Assembly (NCBI GenBank): GCA_033763315.1
Contig: JANRKS010000028.1
Coordinates: 96,001-160,000 of the forward strand
Length of the DNA: 64,000 bases
Reading direction: 5' to 3'
Origin: Deltaproteobacteria bacterium
Lineage (GTDB): Bacteria; Myxococcota_A; Polyangia; Fen-1088
Within the stretch, counting starts at the first letter, position 1. Every line of letters begins with the position of its first letter. This document shows, one piece after another, positions 1 to 12,600 of the stretch. Made by a program: the position numbers and the translations under genes. The notes below the pieces were generated by a model, which was given only the letters and a program-made list of their open reading frames with translations, ran no database searches and was not told where the DNA came from.

Positions 1-383
1 ACGCGCGTTTTCGTGCCCTCAACAATTGAGATGTCTTTTGTGTCGCTTACCCATGAGGGCGTCGCTTTGCTTGTGACCTTTTCGCAGGCGCTGCCAAACG
101 CTTCTGCGGCGATCTTGACTTGGCCCAACGGAAAGCCCGTGAGCACTTGGCTCACGCTTGGCCCGGGCACCACGTCAACGTCCGCAATCTTTTCACGCGT
201 AGGCCCTTTGGCTGTGATGCGCACGCACGCCACATCAGCAGGCACCGCCATCAACGCCATTTCAATCATGCCCACATCCTCGGAGCCGGAGGCCGTCACA
301 TCTTCCGGCGGCGCTTCAGCGTCCAAATTGCCACAAGCGGCCACGGCCAAACCCAAACACATCGTCAGCGCTGCAAGTTTCAT
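1..383 (-). CDS. Lipoprotein of unknown function, 3' end runs off the window
   Basis: Not in ORF track. Own translation: MKLAALTMCLGLAVAACGNLDAEAPPEDV...VPADVACVRITAKGPTRE..., open to base 1. Lipobox-like VAAC; SD GAAGGAG upstream of the ATG at 383. Confidence 0.8.
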   Translation of the reverse strand, partial: MKLAALTMCLGLAVAACGNLDAEAPPEDVTASGSEDVGMIEMALMAVPADVACVRITAKGPTREKIADVDVVPGPSVSQVLTGFPLGQVKIAAEAFGSACEKVTSKATPSWVSDTKDISIVEGTKTR

Positions 384-476
384 TTTCTGTTCTCCTTCAC
401 AGTAATCGGCCGGCCCTCACGGCCAGCCTCACTTCGCTTTTCGGGAACGAAGCGGCAAAGTTGCGTGAAAAAGCAC

Positions 477-515
477 AAAAAAAGCGCCTCAGCCATATGG
501 GACGGCGAGGCGCTT
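477..515 (-). terminator. Intrinsic terminator downstream of argG
   Basis: Inverted repeat AAGCGCCTC (482-490) / GAGGCGCTT (507-515), followed on the minus strand by a T run (A run 477-483 on +). Confidence 0.75.
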
Positions 516-534
516 GCGCAGACGTGCGTGGCGC

Positions 535-1989
<1,455 letters not shown>

Positions 1990-3084
1990 CTAATGTGCCG
2001 GGTCCGACGGGGGCGAAGCGGCGGGCAGGGCTTTTAACCTAAACCGGAGGGGGAAACAGAAGGGGGTGGCAGCCCCCTCGCGCATCAAGGGACGCCAACG
2101 CCATTTCCAAAGGGCATCAATGACCGCTAAGTCAAACGCAGGATCGCTACGTTTGGTGAGGGTCACGGAATCCGGATGCCCGTCTACGTCGACGCACACG
2201 CGCGCATCTGCGACAGCGTCGACGCCGGGCTGAGCCAAGGCCGAGGGGCTGCGCGGCGCAACCCGGACCTCCGAGAGATCGTTGCCTTCTCGTAAGGAAA
2301 GATTGGTGTGCCCCACCGTGATTGACTCCAGCTCGGTCGCGGACAGCCAACGGGTCTCGTAGACGACGTCCGGTTTATCATCGACACCCGCTTGTTTAGC
2401 CGTGATTTGCAGCGCCTCTGCGTCCTGGGAAAGGCGGAACTTTTTCTCGAGCATGAAGACTGACCGCGCATCGTTGTTCGACGGAGCCGAATGCTTCACC
2501 AGCAAGTTGACGAAGCATGCACCGCTCTCTTGCGTAACGGTCGACTTCAGGGCTTCAAGAAAGATCCCATGATTGCTTGTTGACTGGCGATAGATGACAG
2601 AAGGTGCACAGTCGCTGGCGGCTTTGGAACCCGCCGACCCCTCTCGCACGTTCTTTACTTCGGCTTTGAAAGTCTTTTCTTCAATTGGTCCCTGAACCTT
2701 TAAGACGTTTCTTTGAACATAACAGAACGGGACCACCTGGCCGTCTTTCAACATGGGTTTGAATCTCCACTTCGATACGGCGAGCAAGACCGCTTGATCA
2801 AAGTCGTGTTCGGACGGCTTCACGATGTCTGCGCTTGTCACAAGGCCCGCCTTGTTCACGCAGATCCTGATGAGATCGAAAAGTGAGACGTTTTCGACTC
2901 TGTATTTCAAAGGAACGACGGGGTCAACACGAGAAACCAGCTGTGTGGTCCCCACGATTGGAGAAAGCATAGGTGCCTCAGGTTCTGGCGGCGGGGGAAG
3001 CTCGATCCGGCGGGGTGGCGCTGGGCTGGCGCAGGCAACACAGTGCAAGACGACGAGAAGCAACCATAAGTGCGTCTTCTTCGT
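1990..3084 (-). CDS. Probable lipoprotein with two TonB C-terminal-like domains; start uncertain
   Basis: Hydrophobic stretch + VAC, Pro-rich linker, then two copies of a [I/V]CVxxxGxxxS...FDxAVxxAxxKWRxxP..G..VPFC motif. Confidence 0.7.
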   Translation of the reverse strand, partial: TKKTHLWLLLVVLHCVACASPAPPRRIELPPPPEPEAPMLSPIVGTTQLVSRVDPVVPLKYRVENVSLFDLIRICVNKAGLVTSADIVKPSEHDFDQAVLLAVSKWRFKPMLKDGQVVPFCYVQRNVLKVQGPIEEKTFKAEVKNVREGSAGSKAASDCAPSVIYRQSTSNHGIFLEALKSTVTQESGACFVNLLVKHSAPSNNDARSVFMLEKKFRLSQDAEALQITAKQAGVDDKPDVVYETRWLSATELESITVGHTNLSLREGNDLSEVRVAPRSPSALAQPGVDAVADARVCVDVDGHPDSVTLTKRSDPAFDLAVIDALWKWRWRPLMREGAATPFCFPLRFRLKALPAASPPSDPAH

Positions 3085-3175
3085 AAGTTGCGCATACCTT
3101 GCAGTGCGGCCGGGCCACTTGTCAGCGCGCACCGCGCCGATCCACACCGGCAAACGAATTTCTGGCTGAAGCGCC

Positions 3176-3203
3176 CTCAAGCCGCGGGCGCGACCTGCCG
3201 ATG
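3176..3203 (+). promoter_or_regulatory. Sigma28/FliA-like promoter
   Basis: CTCAAG-N16-CCGATG (GCCGATG at -10), 39 nt upstream of the ATG at 3243; same geometry as sites at 5739, 8319 and 20105. Confidence 0.55.
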
Positions 3204-3242
3204 AACCCACTCGAGGGAACCACTGACCACGAGGGGGCTGCG

Positions 3243-4118
3243 ATGAAACCGGTGCCATTGACCGCGGGGCTAGCGCTTTTCGTGCTGTGGAGCTGTGGAG
3301 GGCCATCGAGTGAGACTTATGTGCCGTTGGGCGGCGAGTTTCAGACCGGGCCGCACGCAGATGGAGGAGCCGGAGGCGCAGGAGCGATGGCCCCTGGGGG
3401 CAGCGCGGCCGGGGGCAGTGCCATGGGCAGCGGCGGAATCACAGGCACCGGGGGACAACCAGCGCCCGGCACTGGGGGCGTGGCGCCGGCCACCGGGGGC
3501 GCTGGCGGGACCGCCAACACGGGCGGCAAACCCGGCACCGGCGGCTCGATGAGCACAGGAGGCAGCATGGGCACGGGCGGCGCGGTGGCCACAGGAGGCG
3601 CCGCCGGATCGGCGCCATCAAACAACGGCGACGCCGCGGTGTGGAATTTTGAGCAGGGCGTTCAAGCCTGGAAAGCATTGCGTGGAAACGACACCACCAA
3701 GGTGGCCACGAGCACCGTATTCAAAGGCAAGCAGGCGCTCGAATTCCCCGTGGTCATCACCGCCGCGGACGTCACAGCGGCGGGGTCCGATGGCGTTGAG
3801 CGCGCGGTGGGCATTGCCAACCCCGACTTTGCCGTGACTGCAGGCATGCCGTTTTGGTCAGGCAAGACGATCACGTTTCACGTATGGGTGCCAGCGAGCC
3901 TTCCCAACGGCTATTTCACCACGTACGTCTTGGGTGCCAATAACCCTTGGAAAGATTCAGGCAACGCGAACCTTTCCCGCGGCGCTTGGACAACCATCAA
4001 CTTGGTCGCGCCCACGGTCACCGACCCCGGCGCTTACCTTGAACTTGGTATTTATTTCAAGGGCGTAAAATCCGCGTGGAGTGGCAGCTTGTTCGTGGAC
4101 TCTGTTGAAGTGAAGTGA
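3243..4118 (+). CDS. Lipoprotein with Gly-rich linker and C-terminal Trp-rich carbohydrate-binding-like beta-sandwich
   Basis: MKPVPLTAGLALFVLWSC signal, GGxGG linker, WNFEQGVQAW...ITFHVWVP...GAWTTI...WSGSLFVDSV; SD GAGGGGG. Confidence 0.7.
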   Translation: MKPVPLTAGLALFVLWSCGGPSSETYVPLGGEFQTGPHADGGAGGAGAMAPGGSAAGGSAMGSGGITGTGGQPAPGTGGVAPATGGAGGTANTGGKPGTGGSMSTGGSMGTGGAVATGGAAGSAPSNNGDAAVWNFEQGVQAWKALRGNDTTKVATSTVFKGKQALEFPVVITAADVTAAGSDGVERAVGIANPDFAVTAGMPFWSGKTITFHVWVPASLPNGYFTTYVLGANNPWKDSGNANLSRGAWTTINLVAPTVTDPGAYLELGIYFKGVKSAWSGSLFVDSVEVK

Positions 4119-4142
4119 TCCTAAAGGCGCCGCGCATGAGCC

Positions 4143-5630
4143 CTAAAGCGTTGGCGCACGCCATTCGCACGGCAGCCGCGCAGGCAGGCGCTCCGGGGGC
4201 ACGACGTTTACGCGCCGGGGCCAGTCCTGCACCAACGCGGGATCACCCACCAGTTGATGAGCGGGCAGCTCTGACCACAAGGCTGCTGGAATCTCTAATT
4301 GATAGCGGCCATGCAGCAGCGCCTTATCCAGCGGCAAGGTGAACATGCACGCCTCAGGATGTTCCGCCCTGAGGCGACGAAAGTTCACAAACCAGGGCTC
4401 AGTTGCGAAGCCGTGATAATGCGTAGGCTGCAGCTTGGGCAAACGCTCGCGATAATTGCGCGCGTGCACAACGTCAACACTTAAGCTGACGACGGCGCAC
4501 AAAACAGCGAAGGCCGCCACGAGCGTCTTGTGTTTTGCCACACGCGCGGTGGCCATTGCAGCACCCGTGGTCACAAACAGCGGCACAAACTCATAGCGCT
4601 TATACGCGTCCACCGGCAGATCTAGATAAAGGGCCGTGGCCAATGCAATGGCGGCAAACGCAATCATCCAAACCAAGCGCGGTGTGTGGTGCCGTCGCCA
4701 CACTGAAACGGCGGCTGCGACGATCAACACGAACGCCGCCAAACCGACCGAAGTTAAAGCATTCGAAGTTGCAGTGTAGGGGCCCACTTGCCCCGCGAGA
4801 CCAGCGCCCAGCTGCGCCAGCACGCGCCTGCGTTGCAGCCATAAGCTTGCAAACTCCGCTAAGCTTGTGGGAAAGAAGCTGGGCGAGGGACGCGAAAACA
4901 AGGTCGCGAACAAATCATTTAGGCCATCGCGTGCCCACAGGCCAAAAGCCAGAACGAAAGCCACCAACGTGACAAGGGCTGCGCCAATTATCAGCGCCAC
5001 ATCACGCACACGCACGCGTGGGGATCGCTTGCCGCAGACCGACGCCACATAGATCGCCGGAAAAAGATAAAGCCCCGCCTGCCACGACATCAACACGCCA
5101 CACGCCCCCAGAACGCCGGCTGCAACACTTCGGCGGGCGGTCCAAGCGTGGACATGGCGCAAGGCCAAGCTCAGCAATGCCGCGCCAAACGGAAGATAAA
5201 GAACGTTGTCTTCTAACGTGAGCAGAAGCTGCGCAACGCCCCACGAAGAGACGTAAAGCAAAGACCACAGCCCGCCTGCCACGCCAGCAAAATGGTGACC
5301 AAAGCGCGCCAACACGAAGGCCGCCCCTGCCAGTGCGATTGCGTTGACCGTACGCACGCCATCGAGCCAGGAGCCGCCCCACAAGCGGGCCAGCCGCGCC
5401 CCACCCGCGTAAACGGGGCCTAAACCGAAATGCGAATTCCACGGCAGCTGCGCGGGGGATCCCTGGCCGCTGGCATAAAGTGCCACGTAACTGGCCGTAT
5501 CCCAGTTTACGCCGGATGCCAGCCATGGGCCTGAAGCCACCCAGGCCCAAAGCAAAGCTATGAACGCGATCGCCACGGGCAACGCAATATCAGCGCGTGA
5601 GCGAATGAGGGGTGCGTGGGGTTGTTCCAC
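4143..5630 (-). CDS. Polytopic membrane protein, GT-C (ArnT/PMT-like) glycosyltransferase-like; start uncertain
   Basis: Many hydrophobic helices; acidic motif NWDTASY in the first loop after TM1; soluble C-terminal tail. Confidence 0.55.
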   Translation of the reverse strand: MEQPHAPLIRSRADIALPVAIAFIALLWAWVASGPWLASGVNWDTASYVALYASGQGSPAQLPWNSHFGLGPVYAGGARLARLWGGSWLDGVRTVNAIALAGAAFVLARFGHHFAGVAGGLWSLLYVSSWGVAQLLLTLEDNVLYLPFGAALLSLALRHVHAWTARRSVAAGVLGACGVLMSWQAGLYLFPAIYVASVCGKRSPRVRVRDVALIIGAALVTLVAFVLAFGLWARDGLNDLFATLFSRPSPSFFPTSLAEFASLWLQRRRVLAQLGAGLAGQVGPYTATSNALTSVGLAAFVLIVAAAVSVWRRHHTPRLVWMIAFAAIALATALYLDLPVDAYKRYEFVPLFVTTGAAMATARVAKHKTLVAAFAVLCAVVSLSVDVVHARNYRERLPKLQPTHYHGFATEPWFVNFRRLRAEHPEACMFTLPLDKALLHGRYQLEIPAALWSELPAHQLVGDPALVQDWPRRVNVVPPERLPARLPCEWRAPTL

Positions 5631-5738
5631 CAGCGCTTGTATACCGCGCGCCACCCCGGGCTCGAAGCCGTTCCCACACGGCTGCGGGGCTGTCCGCGGC
5701 CGGGATAAACAACGCAACGCGCCTACGCTCGCAGCAGA

Positions 5739-5766
5739 CTCAAGTAACCTGGGTGCCGCTCCGATT
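5739..5766 (+). promoter_or_regulatory. Sigma28/FliA-like promoter upstream of the chemoreceptor
   Basis: CTCAAG-TAACCTGGGTGCCGCT-CCGATT. Confidence 0.55.
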
Positions 5767-5839
5767 AACCAGGTCGCGATTTGATTTAAGACCCCGGGGG
5801 CTTCGGGCTGTGACCGTTGCCTAGGAAGGCAACACCATC

Positions 5840-8317
5840 ATGCAGATCGAAATTCTCGAAAGTTCCTTCGGGCTATTGGCGCCTCGAGGCAGCGAGCTTG
5901 TGGCGCGCTTTTACGAACGATTGTTCGAGCAGTACCCTGAAGTCAAGCCGATGTTTCGTCACGTTGATATGGCGAAACAAGAAAAGGCTTTGTTGGGTGC
6001 CCTAGCACTGGTGATCAAATCATTGCGATCGCCCGATGTCTTGATTCCAACGCTAAAGCAACTGGGCAAGAAGCATGAGGGCTATGGCACCAAGCCAGAA
6101 CACTACGATGCCGTTCGACTGACGCTTATCGAAGTGATGAAAGAGATGGCGGGCCGTGCCTTCACGCCAAAGATAGCCAGGGCGTGGGATGAGGCTTTGC
6201 AAACCATTGCGGATGTGATGACGGGAACGACAGCAACAGAGCGGGGGAATACCATGAAGAAGACCAAAGTCGGCGGGGATGAAATGGTGAGCGCCGAGGT
6301 TCCGGCAGGCTCTGTGCAAGCTGATCAGGACAAGTTGCGAATGCGGGCTATCGGCGGCGTCAGCACCGCCATCATGATGATCGACCGTGATCTCGTGATC
6401 AATTACGCCAACAGGGCGACTGTAGACCTCATTCGTAAAAACGAGGCTGAATTCAAGTCTGTTTATCCATCATTCAACGTAGATGGCTTGATTGGCACGT
6501 GCATCGACATTTTTCACGCGCGGCCTGAACATCAGCGGCGAATGCTGTCCGACGAACGCAACCTCCCGCATCGAGCGGACATTCGCGTGGGAAAGCTGAT
6601 CTTCCAGATCAACGTCACCGCAATTATTGACGACGCGGGCCACTACGTTGGCAATACGCTTGAATGGTATGACGTGACCGCCATCCGTGCGAAGGAGAAT
6701 GACGTCGCGCGACTTCAGAACGCAGTTGAGGGCGTCACCACGGCGATCATGATGATCGACCGTGATTTCGTTATAACGTACGTCAACGAAGCCACGCGGC
6801 AGCTGCTGGCGCGACGTGAAAGCGAAATTCGGAAAGTCTTCCCGAAATTCTCGGCCGCGACCATCCTCGGGTCCAACATTGACATATTTCATAAACACCC
6901 AGAGCATCAACGCCGGATGTTGAGTGATCCATCCGTGTTGCCACATTCGGCTGACATCAAGCTCGGGACCTTGACATTTCAGATCAAGGTCAGCGCCATC
7001 AAAGACGCGGCCGGCAAGTACGTTGGCAACACCATGGAGTGGTCCGACGTAACCGAACAGCGAGACGCAGAACGACAGATCGAAAGCTTGATCACTTCTG
7101 CCACTGCGGGACGGCTGGACGATCGCATGGATGCGGATCGCTATGAAGGGTTCGTCAAGAAGGTGGGCCTGGGCGTTAACTCAGTAATGAACGCCGTTGT
7201 TGTCCCGGTTCGCGAAGCGATTCGCGTCATCGAAGCTTTGGCTCAAGGGGACCTTACCGCAAGCATGGCGGGCGACTTCAGCGGTGAGTTCGCCACGCTT
7301 CGTGATCAACTCAACGCCTCGATGAACACCCTGAAGAACACCGTTTTGCGCATCACCCAATCGGCGCAGACGATCAACTCTGCTGCAATGGACATCTCGG
7401 AAGGTAACGCGAATCTTAACAAGCGCACCCAAGAGCAATCTTCTGCGCTTGAAGAGACAGCCGCAAGCCTTGAAGAAATGACCGCAACCGTAAAACAGAA
7501 CGCGGGCAATGCAATGCAAGCCAACCAACTGGCGTCAGGCGCGCGCGATTCCGCCGAAAAGGGTGGGCAAGTTGTCAACTCTGCTGTTAGCGCGATGAGC
7601 GCAATTACTGAAGCGTCCAAAAGGGTCGCCGACATCATTGGCGTTATTGAGCAGATTGCTTTTCAAACCAATATGCTCGCGCTGAACGCGGCTGTCGAAG
7701 CCGCGCGCGCTGGGGATCAGGGGCGCGGCTTTGCCGTTGTTGCTGCCGAGGTTCGCAACCTTGCCCAGCGCAGCGCCGGTGCCGCAAAAGAGATAAAGTC
7801 TCTCATCCAAGATAGCCAGGAAAAGGTTGAACAGGGCGCGAAGCTGGTCAACCGATCAGGCGAAACCCTGCAGGAAATTGTTGGGTCAGTCAATAAGGTG
7901 AGCGACATCATTGGTGAGATCAACGCGGCAAGTGAAGAACAGGCCTCAGGCATTGATCAGATCAACTCCGCCGTGACTTCGATGGACAAAGGCACACAGC
8001 AGAACGCCGCCATGGTCGAGGAGGCCGCTGCCGCCGCTGAATCGCTAAGTGACCAGGCGCGAGAAATGTCCAACTTGGTCTCGTTCTTCAAAGTGGGTGA
8101 TGAGCCGCAAGAAGCTAGCGTGACTGCGGCAGCACCCGCCAGACGCGGCACCGCGGCTGTTGTTTCCAGCAACGGCCGCCCTAGGGTTGTAGGCACGCAG
8201 ACCATGTCGCCCGCCACGGCTTCGAGGCCTCGCGAAACATCGGTTGCCACGCGCCCCGCCACCAATGGTAGTCCTTCAAAAACGAACGGCAACGACGGAG
8301 GCTGGAACGAGTTTTAG
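5840..8317 (+). CDS. Cytoplasmic methyl-accepting chemotaxis protein: globin-PAS-PAS-HAMP-MA (Aer2-like)
   Basis: N-terminal globin (FY, PMF, Q, KKH, HY); two [15 protein letters not shown]...EW PAS repeats; [33 protein letters not shown] signalling hairpin; C-terminal pentapeptide GWNEF; no TM segment. Confidence 0.92.
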   Translation: MQIEILESSFGLLAPRGSELVARFYERLFEQYPEVKPMFRHVDMAKQEKALLGALALVIKSLRSPDVLIPTLKQLGKKHEGYGTKPEHYDAVRLTLIEVMKEMAGRAFTPKIARAWDEALQTIADVMTGTTATERGNTMKKTKVGGDEMVSAEVPAGSVQADQDKLRMRAIGGVSTAIMMIDRDLVINYANRATVDLIRKNEAEFKSVYPSFNVDGLIGTCIDIFHARPEHQRRMLSDERNLPHRADIRVGKLIFQINVTAIIDDAGHYVGNTLEWYDVTAIRAKENDVARLQNAVEGVTTAIMMIDRDFVITYVNEATRQLLARRESEIRKVFPKFSAATILGSNIDIFHKHPEHQRRMLSDPSVLPHSADIKLGTLTFQIKVSAIKDAAGKYVGNTMEWSDVTEQRDAERQIESLITSATAGRLDDRMDADRYEGFVKKVGLGVNSVMNAVVVPVREAIRVIEALAQGDLTASMAGDFSGEFATLRDQLNASMNTLKNTVLRITQSAQTINSAAMDISEGNANLNKRTQEQSSALEETAASLEEMTATVKQNAGNAMQANQLASGARDSAEKGGQVVNSAVSAMSAITEASKRVADIIGVIEQIAFQTNMLALNAAVEAARAGDQGRGFAVVAAEVRNLAQRSAGAAKEIKSLIQDSQEKVEQGAKLVNRSGETLQEIVGSVNKVSDIIGEINAASEEQASGIDQINSAVTSMDKGTQQNAAMVEEAAAAAESLSDQAREMSNLVSFFKVGDEPQEASVTAAAPARRGTAAVVSSNGRPRVVGTQTMSPATASRPRETSVATRPATNGSPSKTNGNDGGWNEF
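6361..7060 (+). repeat. Internal tandem duplication encoding two PAS domains (375-nt offset)
   Basis: ATCATGATGATCGACCGTGAT at 6371 and 6746; the two protein repeats align throughout. Confidence 0.85.
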
Positions 8318-8318
8318 C

Positions 8319-8346
8319 CTAAACGACTTTAGAAGACCCTCCGATG
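8319..8346 (+). promoter_or_regulatory. Sigma28/FliA-like promoter
   Basis: CTAAAC-GACTTTAGAAGACCCT-CCGATG in the short gap before the MFS gene. Confidence 0.4.
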
Positions 8347-8354
8347 TTACAGGG

Positions 8355-9521
8355 ATGGCGAATGTGGAGGGTGCGCTGGTGGGCGCGACGAGGCGTAAAG
8401 GGTTCGCCCGTGTTTCAGCTGGATTGCTCTTGTTGGCTGCTTCGGCGGGCGTCACGATCCCCGCTTTGAAGGCGCTGACGGGCTCGGGGCTGGCGGGCGG
8501 CCTGTTCGTTGCTTCACACGTCGCAGGAACACTCGTTGCAGCCAGTCTATTGGGGCGCCTTTCGAGTGCGAACCTGTTGCGACTTCAACGGCGCGTGGCC
8601 TTGTTGTTGGGCGTGAGTGCGGCGCTCAATCTTGGCATGTTCTTCGCTCGATATGAGCTCATGCTGCTCCTGCGTTTCGTCGAAGGCATGTCACACATCG
8701 TCCTGGTGACTTTCACCATGTCACAGCGGTTCTCCGCATCACCGAAACTGCACCAACGCGCATCCACGTGGCTTGGCGTGATTCTGGTTATAGGGGTCGG
8801 GATGGGGATGGGTATCGGGGGTGGTCTCGCTCATCAAGGCGTACGCTTGGGTTTCGTGGGCGCTGCACTGTTGTGTGTGGTTGCTGGATTTGTTCTCACC
8901 AAACCGATTTCGCAAGGCAGTGAGCTCGTGCGGACCCATCTCAAGCAGGGCGTGGCTTCAGCTTCAGCCTTGCCAGGCGTAATGGTGGCCGCTGAACGTT
9001 TCTCGCTAGGGCTACTCTCAGTGGTCTTGCCCTTTGCATTGGGCAGCGCAGCTCTCAGTGGCGCGACGTTGGGGATCATCATGCTGAGCTCCGTCATCAC
9101 TGCGCCGTTGGCTTACTTGTTGGCGTCGCGCACGTCGCCGCGAAACGCCTGCCAGATCGGTGCCGCCGCCTTGGCTTTGGCCTTGGTTGGCTTGGGGGCT
9201 GTATTGACGGCCTCAGACGCCGCAATGTTTGCCGTGGCCGTTTTCACGGGGGGGGCTGCGGGTTTGGTCTTCACAGGTGCCATTTTGCAGGCCACTGCAC
9301 AGCCCGACGAAGAGCGTCGCGCCCGTTGTATGGGCCTCTTGCACGCGTTGGGTGGGTTGGGGTTCTTCGTGGGCTCGCTTGTGGGCGGCGGTGTTGCCTG
9401 GTTGGGAACCCACGGCATTCGTCCCGGAGCCGGAGTCGCCTTCTGTTTTGTTCCGCTGCTGCTCGCGATGGCGTTCGCTCGCTTTCATACTCGTGCTGTT
9501 TCGCCGGGCCTACCTCACTGA
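8355..9521 (+). CDS. Divergent MFS transporter
   Basis: About 12 hydrophobic segments, LLLRFVEG motif, RRARCMGLLHALGGLGFFVG C-terminal motif. Alternative GTG start at 8378 after GGAGG. Confidence 0.75.
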   Translation: MANVEGALVGATRRKGFARVSAGLLLLAASAGVTIPALKALTGSGLAGGLFVASHVAGTLVAASLLGRLSSANLLRLQRRVALLLGVSAALNLGMFFARYELMLLLRFVEGMSHIVLVTFTMSQRFSASPKLHQRASTWLGVILVIGVGMGMGIGGGLAHQGVRLGFVGAALLCVVAGFVLTKPISQGSELVRTHLKQGVASASALPGVMVAAERFSLGLLSVVLPFALGSAALSGATLGIIMLSSVITAPLAYLLASRTSPRNACQIGAAALALALVGLGAVLTASDAAMFAVAVFTGGAAGLVFTGAILQATAQPDEERRARCMGLLHALGGLGFFVGSLVGGGVAWLGTHGIRPGAGVAFCFVPLLLAMAFARFHTRAVSPGLPH

Positions 9522-9640
9522 TTGGCCGCCTCGCCCTTTTGGATCGGCGCTGGAGGCGGCCCAACGTGCAAGACAGGCACCCGAACACCTATTCAAGGTC
9601 TTTGCCACCGCACCCGTGCTCGTGTACCTTCGCAAGTCGG

Positions 9641-12600
9641 ATGCGCGCCACGCGTTTGTTGTTGGCATCGAGTTGCTTGCTTATCGCCTCGGCCGCGCAG
9701 GCGGAGCCGCCGCAAAATGGTCGGAGTTTCGAGATCGATGTAATCCGTCCACCTCACGGCGTGTCTGCGCTCGCGCTTGGACGCGCTGACGGTGCGCTTT
9801 ACTTCGGTGGCTTTCAGCAAGTCATCCGTTACGACGGACTGTCGTTTACGGTCGTTGCACAACCGCCCCTGACCACAGGTCGATGGATCACATTTCTCGA
9901 ACCACTGGCCAGCGAAGGCGTGCTGGCGATTGGCGGAGATTGGACCTCGTTGGGCGCGCCGGGCGCCGACGCCGGCCGTGTGGGCGTGGAGCCATGGCGG
10001 TTGCTAACTGGAACCGCGCGGTTCGAAGCGTGGCCGTTGCGAAAGGATCTCGTGATTCTAAGTACGGTCGCCGTTGCCAATGGCATTTTCGCCGGAACGA
10101 ACCACGGATTGATTCAGCTTGATGCCAAGGGAATCACGCCCGCCCGCTTCGCGATGGCGGATGAACCTGTCACGGCGCTCGCCGCTCGGGGCGACCAAGT
10201 GTTCGCCGCAACACCTCAGGGGATCTGGGCTTCAAGCGCCAAGGACTTCGTCTATGTCCGCGGCCTGCCAGGGGTGCGGCACATCGCCGTGGGAAGCCAG
10301 GGACGCCTTTGGGCGGCCACAACGAACGGTCTTTATCGCGTGACCAAAGATGCGGAACCGCTCGCGTGCGACATGAAGACTGTGACCCAACCGCTTGAAA
10401 TAAACGCGCTGCTAACAGATGCACAGGGTTACGTGTGGGTAGGCACGAATCAAGGCCTTTACACATTCGACGGCGACGGAATGCCAGAACGGCATTGGGG
10501 CCGCGCCGACGGACTTTCAGACGACGCGATACTAAGTCTTTTTGAAGATGACTCTGGCGCTGTGTGGGCGGGCACGCGCGTGGGTGGCGTTGCACGGATT
10601 CGCACCCCTGTTGTGAGCAACTTTGGAGCGCCCGAAGGGTTCTCTGACGCAGTCACCAGCACAATCGAAACCTGCGATGGCGCGGTGTGGACTTTAAGTG
10701 AAGGCGCGGTGGTGAGGGCGCTCGGCCAAAACAAGCAGATCTGGCGCATCGGCGCGCAACTGACCGGCGACAAACTGCAGTCCATTAGTGGCGTAGGAGG
10801 CTGTCTTGACCCAAGGCTCAAAAGGGAGTCTGTGCCCGTACTCGTGGCGCCAGCAAGGGGACCCCTGCAATTGATTTTGCCCGCGGGCAAAATCCGAGTG
10901 GTGCCACAGTCCACGCAACTCACGGGACAAATACAGGCGCTGGCCGCGAACCGAAACGGCAAGGGTGATCATATCTGGCTTGTGAGTGATGCAGGTGAAG
11001 CTTTGTCGGCGACCCTTGCCGTCGACGACGGGCGGTTGATGATCGATAGGCGAGTGGCTCCGAGCGATGGACTCTGCAAAGGCGCGATACGCGGGATCAG
11101 CGTTGATGCCCGCGAGGGGCTTTGGCTGGCGGGCGAAGGAGGGATTGGCCACGTTGCGCCCGACGGATCTTGTGAGTGCCTGGCGCCCGAAGGGTTGCCG
11201 ATTGCCAACTTGACGTCGGTTGCCTTTGACGGCGAGCGACTTTGGGCGGGAGCGCGCGAGGATGGCGGAATTTTCTTACGCGAAGCACCCGGCAAACCGT
11301 TCATGCAGACGACAAGCGTTCATGGTCTTTACTGCGACAGCATCCTTGCCCTTGTGCCCGATGACAAAGGCGGGATTTGGACCGCGTGCGGGCATGGCAT
11401 CCAATGGATCGACAGCGCGCAAATGATCGAACGCGCTCACGGAGGCTTTCCGATTGTGGCGGCCGTGGGTTTCATTGAGAGCGATGGTCTTCGCAGCGCG
11501 TTTACGGCGCCGGGTGGCTGGCCCACGGCATCGCTCGCCAATGACGGCGGATTCTTGGTCGCCACGCGGCTGGGCGTCAGCCGTTTGCAACCGGTTCACA
11601 AACGCAGCGACCACACCTTCCAGCGCGGGCCTTCGCTTGTGGCTGTACGATCCAATGGCGTGGCCGTGCCCCCGGCTGCCCTTCTCAAGCTGTCTACAGA
11701 TCACGCTTCCATAGAGGTAGACATCATGGCGGCCACGTTGAAATCACCCTCGCGCGTGGCCCTGGCCCATCGATTGCGCGGGCGAGACGCGGGTTGGGTT
11801 GCGTCGCCACCCGGTGAAAGAACGTTGACATTCTCGGACCTAACACAAGGGACGTACGAGCTTGAAGTCCGGGCCAGCGATGGTGATGGTGGCTGGCAAC
11901 CACGGGCCATCCACATGACGATTGAACTTTCGACGCCGTTGCGAAAACGCGCGTGGTTTTTGCTGTTGCTGGCGTCGGGGGCTGCTTTGCTCTTGCTCGG
12001 CATGCAAGGCATTCGCATGCGACGCCAGCGGGCAAGGTTCTCAGCGCTCACCGCGGAGCGGGCACGTGTGGCGCGTGAGCTACACGATGTTTTGGGCCAA
12101 ACATTCACGGGCGTGGCGCTGCAGATGGACGCAGCCGCACAGGTGATTGACACCTCCCCGTCTCGCGCCAAGCAATACCTTGACCGCGCACGCTCCATGG
12201 CCCGACACGCCAAACACGATCTGCGGCACGCTATCTGGGATCTGCGTAGTTCTGAACTGAACCGGCGCGGTCTTTCGGACACACTTAAAGTGCTTATCGA
12301 AGAGATGCAGCAGGGCGCCCCTGAAGGTCTGAAGCTGCACTATTCGGCGGCGGGCCCCGACGTGGTGCGCTCAGCGCTTCGCGAACACGAACTGCAGCAG
12401 ATTACGCGCGAGGCAATTTGGAATGCGTTTCGCCACGCCACAGGCGCCACTCGCATCGACATCGAATTGACAACGGATCGGGACACGATCGAACTCATTA
12501 TTCGCGACGACGGGCCCGGATTTGATGTCAACACCAGTCGCTCGACCGACGAAGGCCACTTTGGCATTATCGGGCTTCTTGAGCGCGCCAAACGGATCGA

